Positions 23,825 to 37,000 of a stretch of 64,000 bases of DNA are shown piece by piece. Under the pieces are notes generated by a model that searched no databases, had not been told where the DNA came from, and saw only the letters and a program-made list of their open reading frames with translations. A program made the position numbers and the translations under genes. Location of the stretch: contig VJWM01000011.1 of the NCBI GenBank assembly GCA_010909165.1, forward strand, positions 682,001 through 746,000, given 5' to 3'. How positions within the stretch are numbered: position 1 is the stretch's first letter; every line of letters starts with the position of its first letter. The stretch comes from Anthoceros angustus. Its lineage: Eukaryota; Plantae; Anthocerotophyta.

Positions 23825-26500
23825 CTACGGTGAGCTCCTTTTGATGACCAGGCTTTGATCATTATCAAACATGCCTTCAAAAGTACCAGTAGCCATCCCG
23901 GTTCCATTGCCTCTGCCGCGGGTTCTTGTTGCGATTGGTGCTGAACTGGAAGCCGGATGTCCATCATCATCAGCGCCTGCTTGTCCTTCTACTGCACCCT
24001 TATTTTCGGGATTTTCATCCGAATCAACATTTTCCTCCACTGCGACTTTCTCTGGACATGGGTGGTCTGCCCTGATATCCTCAACCCTATTAACTTCTTG
24101 CACGGCTGGTAGATGTTGAAGTTCGAACAGCTTTGTCTTGATGAGCTCCGGTGTACGGACTTGTAGAGTGCTATCCCTTGCAAAGGAGAACCCGTATGCC
24201 AAAATAAATGTCTCCGATATCAATAGTCGATCCAGATGCTTTGGTCGCTTTTCCGCTGTCGCAATCCCTCTCTATCACTGTTGTGTGGATGCCACATCCT
24301 GGGCCTAGGCATCCGTGATCACCGCACCTTAGCCAACTCCGGCATGATTCCTTCTGGCACAATTTCATGTCCAAGATACTCAATCCGCTTGAATGCAAAC
24401 TTGCACTTTTTCGGATGAGCCCTCAACAAGGTAAGTGGAAGGATAGGAGAATGTATGTTGAGAGGTGAGTGGAAGGATAGGAGAATGTATGCCAATCCAG
24501 TGCTCACTAACCATTTTAAACTGTACAGATCGAATGCCTGTCCCAGCAACGTGTGTCTGGATGCCTCACTTACACCCATGGTTTGCGTACCCTTTTTGGC
24601 AAACCCCATGGCTTGTTCGCGTTCCTCAGCATTGAGCTCTCCTAGCTCCTCTCCCTTCAAGTCTAGGATCATGCCATCTCCTCCTCACCTGAATGCATAA
24701 GATTGTGGCGCGGCGTACTTACCAAAGTCGGCCATGCCCTCCGGATCCTAGCTTCACCAACTCTGTTTACTGGATAAAACGGCAGTTTGTCCATCTTCTT
24801 GACTTGCTGTGAGCACCTTTCCAGTTCCAGAATATCATCAGCAGTCTTCCGTGGTGGAACCGTGAGGCTTCTGTGTTGCTTCAGCGTCTCAAGTCCTGCA
24901 ACATTGGTCCAATAATTGCGAATCCTATGTGCATAAGAGCCACAATGCACAGCATCAATAACCAACTCATTGCCGAACCATGATCAAACCTCCTCATACA
25001 GCGCTCTGACAGCCAGACGCTTGTTCAAAGCTCCACATACGTTTTCCAGTATGTACCAACATCTAGGGTTCACAAGTTGAACCTCCCTCACAACCCGCGC
25101 AACCTCAGCAGCAAGGGAAACACCTTAGCCTTTTCCTCTTCCTGCCACTGAGAAGGTTTTACACTCCCATCCTGCGATGATCATGTCCCTTTGGATGATG
25201 AGCTGTACTGCTTTCTTTCCCACGAGAGTCAGTAGCCGCTCGACAACCTCTCACTGCGTCTTCTCTTAACAGAGATGGAAATAGCTTGCACAACCTAAGA
25301 ATTCGACTTCTAGCCACGACTCTAGCCTTCTCGACACAGGTATAGCTGCAAACCTTGATGCCACATTGAAGCACCGCTTCCAATCCACTGCTGATTCTTG
25401 AGCATAATTCTAACAGGTGAATACCTTTAGAGCTTGCTCTCCATCGCACTACCGAGTTATTGATTCGCCTTCCCTCCGTCTTGGCGGGCTTCACGTTTGA
25501 CATGGATCTCTCAGGACATGTGTCAGTGAGATTCCATGGGCGATTCTCCTTCCTGCGCTGATTCTCTCGAACCCTTGCCTCCTCAAGGTGCTCAGAGTGC
25601 GCAATCTTCAGCACTCCCTTCCGCTCTGCGAGTTTCGATGCCTCCTGAGAGGACAATTCCTCTGTCTCCTCCCATATCTCATGCCTATGCTCAATTTGAG
25701 CACTGGAAGCCATCCTGCTGTCTGGGCCATCTCGCCGTGGCTTGCTGGCATCCTTCACAGCCCTGTCGTTCCTTCTGCCACTTTTGCTCATGTTCAGAGG
25801 AATGTTCGCAATTCGCGAGCAATCCCCTTGCTTCCACAGCGGTCATAGAAGGCTTCTTCATACAGTGGATCAACTCCCATGGTAGGGCCATGTGTGGCAT
25901 CCGCCCCCAACAACACATCATAAGATGTGGCACAAGTCACCAAGCAATGTACCTCCATTGTGGTTGCATCCTCTGTGCCCGGCTTCAACTCGATCTTGAT
26001 CGGTCTCCTGGTCATTCCCATCACCATCTCCTTGGTACCTACAGAAGTAGTGATGCTCACATCGCTTGGTACCAGCTTGCTGCCATACAGCTTGAGAGTT
26101 TATACGAGCTCCTAACAAGATCTTGGATCTCGCCCAAGATCCACCAAAGACATTGATCGGTGCAAAGCCGTCAAAGGTAATCTCCCGGTTTCTATTGTTA
26201 ATCATGGCAACACCTCCTTTACCTCGACGTTCAAGCTTTAGATGATCTCCTCGCAGGCACATCAGACTGCGAACTGGACTCCTCGGCTCCATCTCTTTCC
26301 TGATCCATTCTCTCATGATCTTTTTGAAATGCGAACTCTTGAGTCCAAGCTCCAGCAAATTGACCACAGGAACTTCCATGGCCTTCTCCAATAGTGCTTC
26401 CACATCCATCTCCGGGTTAGAAGCAGCCTACACAACAGTACCATCATCAACTTGCCTAAAGCTTTCAGGCATTTTGCTTTGCTCTCGTTCAGACGTGTCC
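23825..26500 (-). mobile_element. Degenerate Ty3/Gypsy retrotransposon internal region carrying a DNMT3-like C5 cytosine methyltransferase between protease and RT
   Basis: Order on minus strand: gag remnant, protease (LVDLG...SYDVLLG), MTase motifs I (IHLLELCSRISSGLEAVLQCG), IV (DMIIAGWECKTFSVAG), VI (YILENV), VIII (AHRIRNYWTN), IX (EEREQAMGF), X (RHTLLGQAFD), then RT C-terminus KCKFAFKRIEYLGHEIVPEGI. Most of RT and integrase is deleted. Confidence 0.85.
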
Positions 26501-28094
26501 AATCCCTAATTAAACTTTATTTAAAAGCATTAAGTCAAAACTGAAAGTAATAATCACCATTAAAATAACTCCCACTTAAGGAGAGCTGAGGTGAGAAACT
26601 AATAACTCAACTTTAAGTAATTAGGTTGGATTAAAACTAATTAAAAGTATTTAAGAAATTTATAAATAGGGAAATTCCAGAAAATATAATAGCTTAATTT
26701 CCAAAAAGAAAATACAAAGGATGATAGGTAATACCCCTCCTTCCTCCTTTTTGCGATTCGAAGCCTTGTTTTGCTAATGCAGTCCGATGGCGATGGCGAT
26801 AGCAACACCGATCAGGGCGCGCCTAATCCCGCCCACGGGAGGAGGCGCCTACGCACGCCCCCAATCCTCAACCGCGGCCCTCTCCGCGCACAGGGCCGCG
26901 GGCAGCCTCCTCGCGCCCTGTCCGGCCCCAGGCGAGGGACGCCCATGGGCTTTTGGGCGCCCTGAAAAAAGACAAGAGGGCGCCCATGGGCGCTGGCGCC
27001 CAAACAAAAGACAAGAGGCGCCCTACCGCAGATGCCCATAGTCGCTCCTGCCAATGAAGATTCTCCGCCTCCACACTTCGCCTTCTACATTTTTCAAAAG
27101 AAGACTCTGCATTGATCATTGATCCGACCTCATCCTGGAGGATGCACCGAAATGTATGCCTCAGATCCTACATGTGACGCCCAGCTCAAGAAGAAACCTG
27201 TCAGAATGTAAGATTGTGCCTCGTAATTTGCCATTTCTCCTAGAATGCACATTTTGTAAAGCAGCCGGATATGTCCACCAAAGGGGGGAAGCACACTCTA
27301 GTTGATGAGGACGTGCCCTCCCTCCCTTCAATCAATGATGCTCATGTCGAAAAATGTGCACCTCTGCCAAATGTGGTTGTAGGGAAAGCTTGTTGCCTAC
27401 AATATGCTTCTAAGAAGAAGCTATAGCAAAAGGATTGTGGGTGCTAGCTTTATGGATAAAGGGACATGGTTGTGACGACGCTTGCGTGATGGGTGGAGAC
27501 GGCATGGGGAGGATATGACAAAGGATCAAGGTGAAAAGGTGGAATATATTAAATAAAGGTTATTCGATTTAAAATATCCTAATTTCTATGTGGATTTTAG
27601 GATCGATAATAACCTAGCATTTTTCCTTGATGCTACAGACACATTTAGTTTCCTAAGTGCATTAAAGAAAAACATACAAGGGGACTCTACCAAAAGGTGA
27701 CCAGGAAAATAAAGTATACATACTCAACTTAGGTTTAAGTGAAAAGGGAGATGTCCCGGACTCCTACATATGTGAGGAGACTACCATCCACATGATAAAA
27801 ATAGCAACTCTCCCATGTGAGGAATTCCCAGGACATATCAAACATATTTTCCGTAGGTGCCTCTGGTGCTAAGGGAATTTAATGTTTTAATTACATAAAT
27901 ACTGCTTAAATATTATTATTTTTTAATATAAATATTCCAGGTTCTATGTTGGCTGTCTATGAGGAGGAGGCAGAGATGACCTAAGCTATTTTGATATAGA
28001 AGAAGAAAAATGTTCAGAAAAATAGTAAGACAATAATTTTTGGGCTAAGATTTTAAGGTTATCTTAAATCGGCCCTAAGGCTGCTAGGGCTGAA

Positions 28095-30662
28095 TTAGGC
28101 TAAAGGTTTGGACTGTGTGTCCATTATACCTAAAAATTTCATGTGTTTCCTATATAACTCAATTCCCAATGACTTTGTCAATAAATCAGTAGCATTATCT
28201 AAAGTTTGAACATAACTAATATGTATAGTTTCAACTTCTAACTTGTCCCTTATGTAGTGATACTCAACAGCTATATGTTTTGTTCTAGAGTGAAAAACAG
28301 GATTTCGTGCAAGTGTAATGGCACCCTGGCTATCACAAAACAAAGATGTAGGCTTGAGTTGAGGATGATGAAGTTCACTCAAAACTAACCTGGACCACCT
28401 ATGTCTTTCAAGATTCGCACCAAGGTAGGTGTTAAACCTTTGCAAGGCAAGGGGTTCTATATAGAGCTCCCTTAGACATTTGGATCAACTTTTGACTATT
28501 AGGATGACCAAGGCGACAATGCCAAAGCATGGTTTGGGTAGGTGTCGCTGAGTTTGAAATGACAACATTAGCAGAATGGGTGGCTCCCACTTGTACTGAC
28601 AATCTATAGAGACCATCATCTAAAGTGCATGTGCAGATCGTATAGTTTCTATCGCTTATGTAAGAGAGAAGAGAACTATGTGCATAAAGGATCACCTGCA
28701 GAGTGTGTTCTTGGCAAAGACTCGTAGCTGATACTAGATTCTTGCACATTGAAGGAACATGGAGGACTTGATGAAGATGAAGAACCTGCCCTGAATCACA
28801 CTTGAATACAACTGAACCGAAACCCGCTATGGGTAGGTTGTGATCATCTCCCAGGAGGACAGATTGATGTCCTGTGGCTGGTGAGTAGTAAAGCAGAATC
28901 TCGGCCTCTGCCTCGTCCTCTTCCTCTACCCCTTTGTGAAGACATCACCTGCTGCTTGCTGGCTCTGGAGTGATGGTGACGTTTGGTTGCCTCCTCCTGT
29001 AGCAATGCTCCAATAAGTTCGGAGACACTGATGTTTGGCTCTTCATTTGGATCTTCATCTGCAGCTTTTCTGACATTACGAATCACTGCATTTTGAGTTG
29101 TAATGAAGGGCCTATAGGAAGGTGGCAATGAAGATAAGAGAATGATGTAAGCCTCCATCTCTGAGATAGGTACGCCAATTGCAGATTCCAAATGAGATCG
29201 TGCCACTCGAAAAGCATTAACATGATGTTCGATGGTGTCAAACTCCTTCATTGAGAGGTTGCGGAAGTTACGTGAAGCTGCAACAATACTCATTACATCT
29301 CGAGATGAATATAATTGAGCAAGGTGAGTCCACATATCCTTGGAGGTCTTTGCGTGGACATGTCTCACCATATGTTGAGAAAGTCCACGACCAATAAATC
29401 TTGTGCCTTCGTCACAGCGTCCCGGAAGGTTGAAGTTCACGTTCAAATCGGGCGTGTGGCCTTGGAATTGATCCATCGACGATGCCCCAAAGGTCTCTTT
29501 GCCGCAAAGCTCCTCGCATTCTCAATGACCGGATGTCATAATCCTTCCATTGAATCTATCTTTCTCTTTGAAGTCACCATAATGATAATGCAATGAAGTG
29601 TTAGCATTATCATTACCCAATGGGGAATTAGGAGCTTTGTTCTTCATCATTGATCACTCCAGCCATTGTAGGTGATTTAGAGGACTAGGCCTCATGTCTG
29701 ACCTCATCTTCTATTGCATCGAAACTCTTCTCTTGCATCATAATCGATTCGGATGATGATAGCATGCTCTCAAATCTGCGCATTATCAACCTTAGAGAGA
29801 ATAGACAATTTTGTCCTTAATTCAGATAATTCTCCTTAAGATCAAAGATTGGATTCTAAGAGTTGCTAATTGACTATCAATTTCTTGAAATCTAAGAGTT
29901 TCTATGCTATTTTGTCTTGCAGACTAGAAGATAAAGGAGTACTAATACCGATTCAAATTTGGGATATGTTGGAGAGCTAATTCTAATGCCTTGGCGTGAA
30001 TTGGACTAAAAACTTCTAGCAAATCACGTCTAGCTAGCTTGATAAACTTCCCTTGATCCGTTTAGAAATTAAAATAGATGCAATGAAGTTTGCTATACAA
30101 GAGGAGGTTTCTTCTATCTCTCCTCTATAGCTTGTTGTCTTCTATTGCTTCTATGTGTTGGGCTCCTAATTTGTTCTTGTTGTCTTGCAGACTACTCTTC
30201 TTAACTCTATGCCTCTCCTTCTAAGGGAACACAAATCCATGGAGGAAGGACAAAGAATTAGTGCATAAAAGCATTGTTAGAAGAGAAATGTTAGCATAAA
30301 AGAATGCATGCAAAGATAGCAATTCTAGGATAAACACAATCCATCTAGGCAAATGCTAGATTAGAAAGTGTCTCCTAGATAAGCTACTTAGATGCATGAG
30401 GATGCACAAGCAAACAAAGAGCAAGTGTGCTCGATACCATGATGAGAATCATACACAAGCTCAAGCAATATGTGTTGCATTACATTCATAATAGAAAGTA
30501 CATGCCTTTATGTAGGCAAGGTAGTTGTAACCAATAAGTGGTTGTAACAACTAACCAATTAAATAACTACTAAAGAAACTACCTAGAGCCCTAAGGACTA
30601 AATTAATTATTAAGTCCTAGGTGCCCTAGTGAAGAGTGCCCTAATAGTAAGCTATTTTATCA
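28095..30662 (-). mobile_element. Internally deleted Ty1/Copia retrotransposon
   Basis: Gag (TSKDMWTHLAQLY...LLSSLPPSY), GAG-pre-integrase (LWHCRLGH) and RNase H (LFCDSQGAITLARNPVFHSRTKHI...DLLTKSL). A tRNA-iMet-type PBS (TGGTATCGAGCA, 30428-30439) is followed by a putative TG...CA LTR at 30440-30662. No matching second LTR was found. Confidence 0.88.
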
Positions 30663-32276
30663 TATCCTTCCGAGGTGGTGGCGCATGTCTGTTCGCCATT
30701 CCAGGATCAACATGCCCGCTTAATAGCAAAGAAACGGCGAGGTCCGTGATGTGGGAACTTGCTTTGTGCACCGAAGCTTCACTGGATGACACTTACTGCA
30801 CGAAATCATTTGTGCTAGAATTTTACAACCTATTGTCGAGCTTGATCGAGGTTGAAGGTCAAATCACCATCCCGGCGGCCGAAACTCGATGCGATGCCAA
30901 GTGAGCGAGAAAGCCGTGTTATGTGCACAATTTTGTACAGATGATTCTAGCGAACTGAAGCACCATGGCGCCACCGGTAGAAGCACCCTAGCGCGGTGCT
31001 TCTACTAGCCTCATGCAGAAGCACCCTAGCGGTGCTTCTACTAGTCTTCATGGGTAGTGTATATGACTATATAATGTAGAAATAAGAGTGTTGTGTCATG
31101 ATTAGGGTTTAGGGTTTAGTGGATAATGTCATTAGTGATTAATCATTATTAATTATCCAGCTGATACCCGTTCATTAGGGTTGTGTCCCTAGGTTGAATA
31201 GACATGCCTTTTCAGTTATAAGTTAAAGTTGTCTTTTCAACATATATAGTATGACTTTTCTTGATTGAAATATATATGTAATTTACTCACTATTTTCAAT
31301 AATCTGTATAAATTATCATATAATCGCCATGTCTATCCATGACAATCTTTATTTCTGTTTATGTTTATCCTTGTCTATATTGCTATGATTATTTGCAAGG
31401 TTCAGTTCTCAATTATTTACAACAAAAATATATATTTAATTTTAAATATTTAGAATGGCAACAAAGGAGCCTTTTATAGTCCACTTGGACATAATTTCCT
31501 TAACAACTCATGGTGCATACCTCAACGTGCTCAACAAAAAAAGAACCCTGGAATATGGGAGGAATGCCAATCACGCTTGTGTTTGAGTCGAGTATCTGAA
31601 TACTAAGACATGAGTCAAGTCTCCAAGTACTAAGACATGAGTCACATCTTTGAGTACGAAAACAGTACTAATAGAAGAAGAAGAAGAAGAATTTTATTTA
31701 AGGACAGACTCTTCTAATTAGGGCCGAATGCAATATATAAACGCCCGTGTGTGGAGCATGAGTGGCACAAGAAGATGCCAGTGGGTAAGACTCCATACCC
31801 GATCATTGGTACATGTACTTGATCAGCAACAGCTGAGGCCCCCAGCAGCACAGCATTTGACGGCGAGCATAGACGCATGGGAACAAGTTAGAACTCATCC
31901 TGGAAGTCAGCCGTCACTGTGTCAACCTTCAGGCTCTCAAGATGGAGTTGATTCTTAGGACTTGTAGAAGTCAGCAGAGCAATGCATGTCTGCAACTACC
32001 GGTGGTGAGGAACTGCCGACCTGGCACCTCCTGATGTTGCAAATCACTGCATGATGCATTCTTTGACAGATGCTATATGCTTGGTTTGGTTGCAGCGGAG
32101 GCATCTGGGCAGGCACGATGGCGGGAGAAGTCGCTGGCTAACTCTCCGCAGTGATGCCGGTTCATGTCAGATAAGGTAAATTGGGCACTTGTGGTCATAG
32201 CACAGCAAGGGAGGTAAACCACGTGAAGAGGAACATCTGAGTAAGGAGTAAGGCCGTTGAGGTCCTGGACCTTCTG

Positions 32277-33480
32277 GTGCAGCCAGGGTGGTATGTGCCC
32301 GCATCTTTCTTCTATCAGGTCATCAAGAGGTGCATTGCACACAAAGATCTGGGTGCTGGCAGGGGTGTGCATACCCTGATTGTCAGAAGTGGGTATGTGG
32401 CAGCAGATTCTTGGCTAATCACGTCATCCGTGTATGCTGCCTATGGGAGGTTGGAGGATGCGTTGCAGGTTTTGAATGGATTGGCTGCTCCCAATGCTTA
32501 TTCGTGGTCCTCCAGAGTTGAGGCACATGTTGACAATGGACAGGCCAGGCAGGCAATCGAGATCTATTTGAGGATGGAACAGTCATCCCCTATGTTGGCA
32601 GATAATCATCTGTTTGTGGCAGCATTTAAGGCTTGTGCCAGTGCAGAAGATCTGACATCAGGCAGACAGGTCCATTCCGATGTCCTGAGTAGTGTGCTTG
32701 AGCCTGATGTGTTTGTTGGGAGCTGCCTGGTGGAAATGTATGCAAGATGTGGGAGGTTGGATGATGCTCGCACAATCTTTGACAAGTTGGACTCGAGAAC
32801 GTGGTCACATGGAATACGGTGCTTGGAGGGTATGCTCAGGGTGGGCGTGGGCAACTTTGAAGCCCTTGCGCTCTATGCAAGTATGCAAGAGGAGGGAATC
32901 CACCTGCCTGACCATGTCACGTTTTTGTGCCTCCTCAAAGCATGTGCTAGCAGTGGAACACGACACCAGGAAGGCAGCTTCATTCACAAATACAGGAAGC
33001 AGGTGTCGGATCTGAGGTGATGGTGGGGAGCTGCCTCATAGATATGTATGCAAGATGTGGAAGCTTGGATGATGCCCGGACTGCCTTTGACAACATGACC
33101 AGAAGAAATGTGGTGACCTGGAACGTGATGCTCGCAAGATATGCTGATGGTGGGCTAGGTGAAGAAGCCCTGTCTCTTTATGCAACTATGCAACAGGAGG
33201 GCGTTACTTCAGCAGATCACGTAACTTTGTGTGCCTTCTGAAAGCATGTAAAAGCATCGGGGCATTGGAGCAGGGAAGGCAGCTACATGACCAGGTTCAG
33301 GAGATGGGCTGCAAGTTGACGTGGTCATTTCGAGCTGCCTGGTGGACATGAATGCAAAGTGTGGGAGCTGAGAGGATGCCCGCAGGGGTGACTGCCATTG
33401 CTTCTGGGAAGCTACGTGCATCCACGACTTGCTCCAAAGACAGCTCACCTTGGGAGCATCACGTGGCAGAGGAATATACC
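32277..33480 (+). pseudogene. PLS-class pentatricopeptide repeat gene, frameshifted/degenerate
   Basis: DVFVGSCLVEMYARCGRLDDARTIFD, VGSCLIDMYARCGSLDDARTAFDNMTRRNVVTWNVML and DHVTFLCLLKACAS; several frameshifts and stops. Confidence 0.85.
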
Positions 33481-34099
33481 TGTTCTACAAAGCAGTCTTA
33501 GTGAGATGAAAGAGCATCGCTTGACGGGGTCAAGAGGAACGTGCCTCATGTTCTGAAGTTCTGGAGCCCAGCAGACAGTGTACGGATTGGGGCTGGACAT
33601 CTCGCTTCCTTTCACGGAAGAGCCATCTTCATGGACGAAAGAGAGAGTGCAGCGCTCCTGAGGCTGACAGCCACTCACAAGGCATCCGACAAAGCACAGA
33701 AAAATGTCGTCCGAAACCACTGGTGTCAGGAATGCCTTGTCGTGCAAGTCCACAGTGTAGACAGGTTGGGAACAAGTAGCTAGAGGCGCCTTTGCAGGCG
33801 TGCAGAAGTTGCTCCACTGCATGCTTCTCCGCGCCGCTGGCCAGCACTGGCCCAGCAGAAGTGGATTCGAATCTCCCAATCACACTTGCACGCTTTTGTT
33901 GCAACTTGCAAGAGCCCACATTGATCCATATAAGATAATTGGGATGAGCAGGATGGAGTGGGACGCCGTTTGCTCTGCTTGCCTTTTCTTGCAAGTCCTC
34001 CTGAGAAGGTGGGACGTTGTTGTGGAGGTTGGGCTATGGCTGATCCATCTCTTCCTGCCGGCGCCGCGCTGGTGGACCTGCTCGAGATCCTCGAGTCCC

Positions 34100-37000
34100 G
34101 CTCGCCGCAGCTGCGTGCGTTGCTTGCAGAGCTGGAGTCCGACTCGCCAAAGCGGCAGGAACTGCCATCTGTTGATTCGTGGGAAGCTACTTCAATTGCG
34201 ACTGCCAGGACGGGGAATGTCACCACCGCGAGGAGTGGCACTGGGCGGTGCGCTTGCGTCTGCTCACCGCTATCGGCAGATGCCGTACGCTCAGGAAGAT
34301 TCAACTGAATCCTCTGTGGAAGAGGGTCACAGCGTGAGGCGGGACGAGGCGTTGGCGCTCTTTTCAGGCTTGCAACACAACCTTGTGCTGGAGGAGCTGA
34401 ATCTGTTTGGCTACAAGGGGTTTGGGACGGCAGCAGCGTGCCTCCAGGCACTGAGTGCCGTCATCGACAGAACTCATCGCTCACTGGACTTCCTCGGTCT
34501 GCAATCTGTGGGATTGAGTGCAGAAGGACTGGGTGCCATCGCTGCAGCCCTTGGACGCAATGTCAGCTCTTCAGTGCTGTCCAGATTGTCTCTGTGTGGG
34601 AACGACATCGGGAATGCTGTCGGGCGCAACACTTGGCCGACATCCTTACCAAGTCGCCCAAGCTGCGCAATCTCTGGATGAGCAACATAGGCATGGACGA
34701 GGAAGGAGCCGTGGTGATTGCACAGGCCCTGGCGCATACCACTACACTGGCTGGGCTTAGAATCGGAGATCCTGCGCCCCGGAATCCAAACCGGCCCGCG
34801 CCCATGTTCCTCGTTCCATTGCTCCAAGCTTTGGTGTGGCACACCCTGGCGGATCCTCCAGCTGCTGTTTCTGGCAATCACTCCATCACACGGCTTGTCC
34901 TTGAGTGTCCGGGAGGCCAGGAGGCTGTGGAGCCGGGCTGGGAGAAGCCCTGGCTGGTGCTTCGCACCAACCGGGCTCTGAAAGACCTCAGACTATCCAG
35001 CTTCTTCGTCACACGCGGATTGGGAGCTCTGCGGGAAAACAGCAGCATCACCAAACTCCTGGTGTTTCACTCGGCAGTCGGAGGATGATGACATGGATCC
35101 CATCCTGACCACCATCCTGGATGAGTGCAAGACTGTTGAGGAGGTGCAGATCCGGTTTGACAAGCCCTTTGGTCCGTCCAGCTTCACCAAGGCGTTTTTC
35201 AAGGGTTGCTGCAGAAAACCGCAGCATCAACAGGCTGGTGTTGGATGGCTGGGATGGGCTGGACGACGAGATGTTTGAAGACCTGATTCAATCCCTGTCT
35301 ACCAACACCAACACCCACCTCAGGCTGGATCACATCTCCATCAAGGGCACCTCATGGGAAAAGCAAGGCAGGGGCGAACGTCTGGAGAAAGCGTTGGGAG
35401 CTGCGCGAGTGCAGCCGCAGCTGCGTGCGTTGCTCGCAGACTTGGAGTCCGAGTCGCCAGTGCTGCAAGAACTCCCATCTGTGGATTTGTGGGAAGCTAT
35501 TTCGATTGCCTTTGCCAGGAGGCCTACAGGGAGTGTCAACACCGGGGCAGTGGCAGTGGTACGTACGCCTGCGCCTGCTCACAGCTATCGGCAAATGCCG
35601 GTCGCTGAGGAAGATTCATCTGAATCCTCCGGGAGGAGGGCACTTACAGCGTGAGGGAGGTAGAGGCGCTGGCTCTGCTATCAGGCTTGCAACACAACCT
35701 TGTGCTGGAGGAGCTGAATCTGTATGGCTACAAGGGGTTTGGGACGGCACCCTGCCTGCAGGCATTGACTGGCGTCATGGAGAGATGCTATTTCATTGGA
35801 CTTGCTGGGTCTGCAATCTGGGATTGAGTGCAGAAGGACTGGGTGTCATCGCTGCAGCCCTTGGACGCAACCGCAGCTCAGTGCTGTCCAGATTGTCTCT
35901 TTGTGGGAACGACATCGGGAATGCTGTCGGGCGCAACACTTGGCCGACATCCTTACCAAGTCGCCCAAGCTCCGCAATCTATGGATGAGCAACATAGGCA
36001 TGGACGAGGAAGGAGCCGTGGTGATTGCACAGGCCCTGGCGCATACCACTACACTGGCTGGGCTTAGAATCGGAGATCCTGCGCCCCGGAATCCAAACCA
36101 GCCCGCGCCCATGTTCCTCGTTCCATTGCTCCAAGCTTTGGTGTGGCACACCCTGGCGGATCCTCCAGCTGCTGTTTCTGGCAATCACTCCATCACACGG
36201 CTTGTCCTTGAGTGTCCGGGAGGCCAGGAGGCTGTGGAGCCGGGGCTGGGAGAAGCCCTGGCTCAGGTGCTTCGCACCAACCGGGCTCTGAAAGACCTCA
36301 GACTATCCAGCTTCTTCGTCACACGCGGATTGGGAGCTCTGCGGAAAACAGCAGCATCACCAAACTCCTGGTGTTTCACTCGCGGCAGTCGGAGGATGAT
36401 GACATGGATCCCATCCTGACCACCATCCTGGATGAGTGCAAGACTGTTGAGGAGGTGCAGATCCGGTTTGACAAGCCCTTTGGTCCGTCCAGCTTCACCA
36501 AGGCGTTTTTCAAGGGTTGCTGCAGAAAACCGCAGCATCAACAGGCTGGTGTTGGATGGCTGGGATGGGCTGGACGACGAGATGTTTGAAGACCTGATTC
36601 AATCCCTGTCCACCAACACCAACACCCACCTCAGGCTGGATCACATCTCCATCAAGGGCACCTCATGGGAAAAGCAAGGCAGGGGCGAACGTCTGGAGAA
36701 AGCGTTGGGAGCTGCGCGAGTGCAGCCGCAGCTGCGTGCGTTGCTCGCAGACTTGGAGTCCGAGTCGCTGCAAGAACTCCCATCTGTGGTGTGGGAAGCT
36801 ATTTCGATTGCCTTTGCCAGGAGGCCTACAGGGAGTGTCAACACCGGGGCAGTGGCAGTGGTACTACGCCTGCGCCTGCTCACAGCTATCGGCAAATGCC
36901 GGTCGCTGAGGAAGATTCATCTGAATCCTCCGGGAGGAGGGCACTTACAGCGTGAGGGAGGTAGAGGCGCTGGCTCTGCTATCAGGCTTGCAACACAACC

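Noticed and set aside
30979-31045. Hairpin plus CTAG resembling a Helitron 3' end
   Set aside because: The hairpin abuts CTAG rather than lying ~10 bp upstream, it is tandemly doubled, and no 5' TC end or Rep/helicase was found.
31102-31119. TTTAGGG telomere-like repeat
   Set aside because: Only about 2.5 units, which is expected by chance or as a short interstitial motif.
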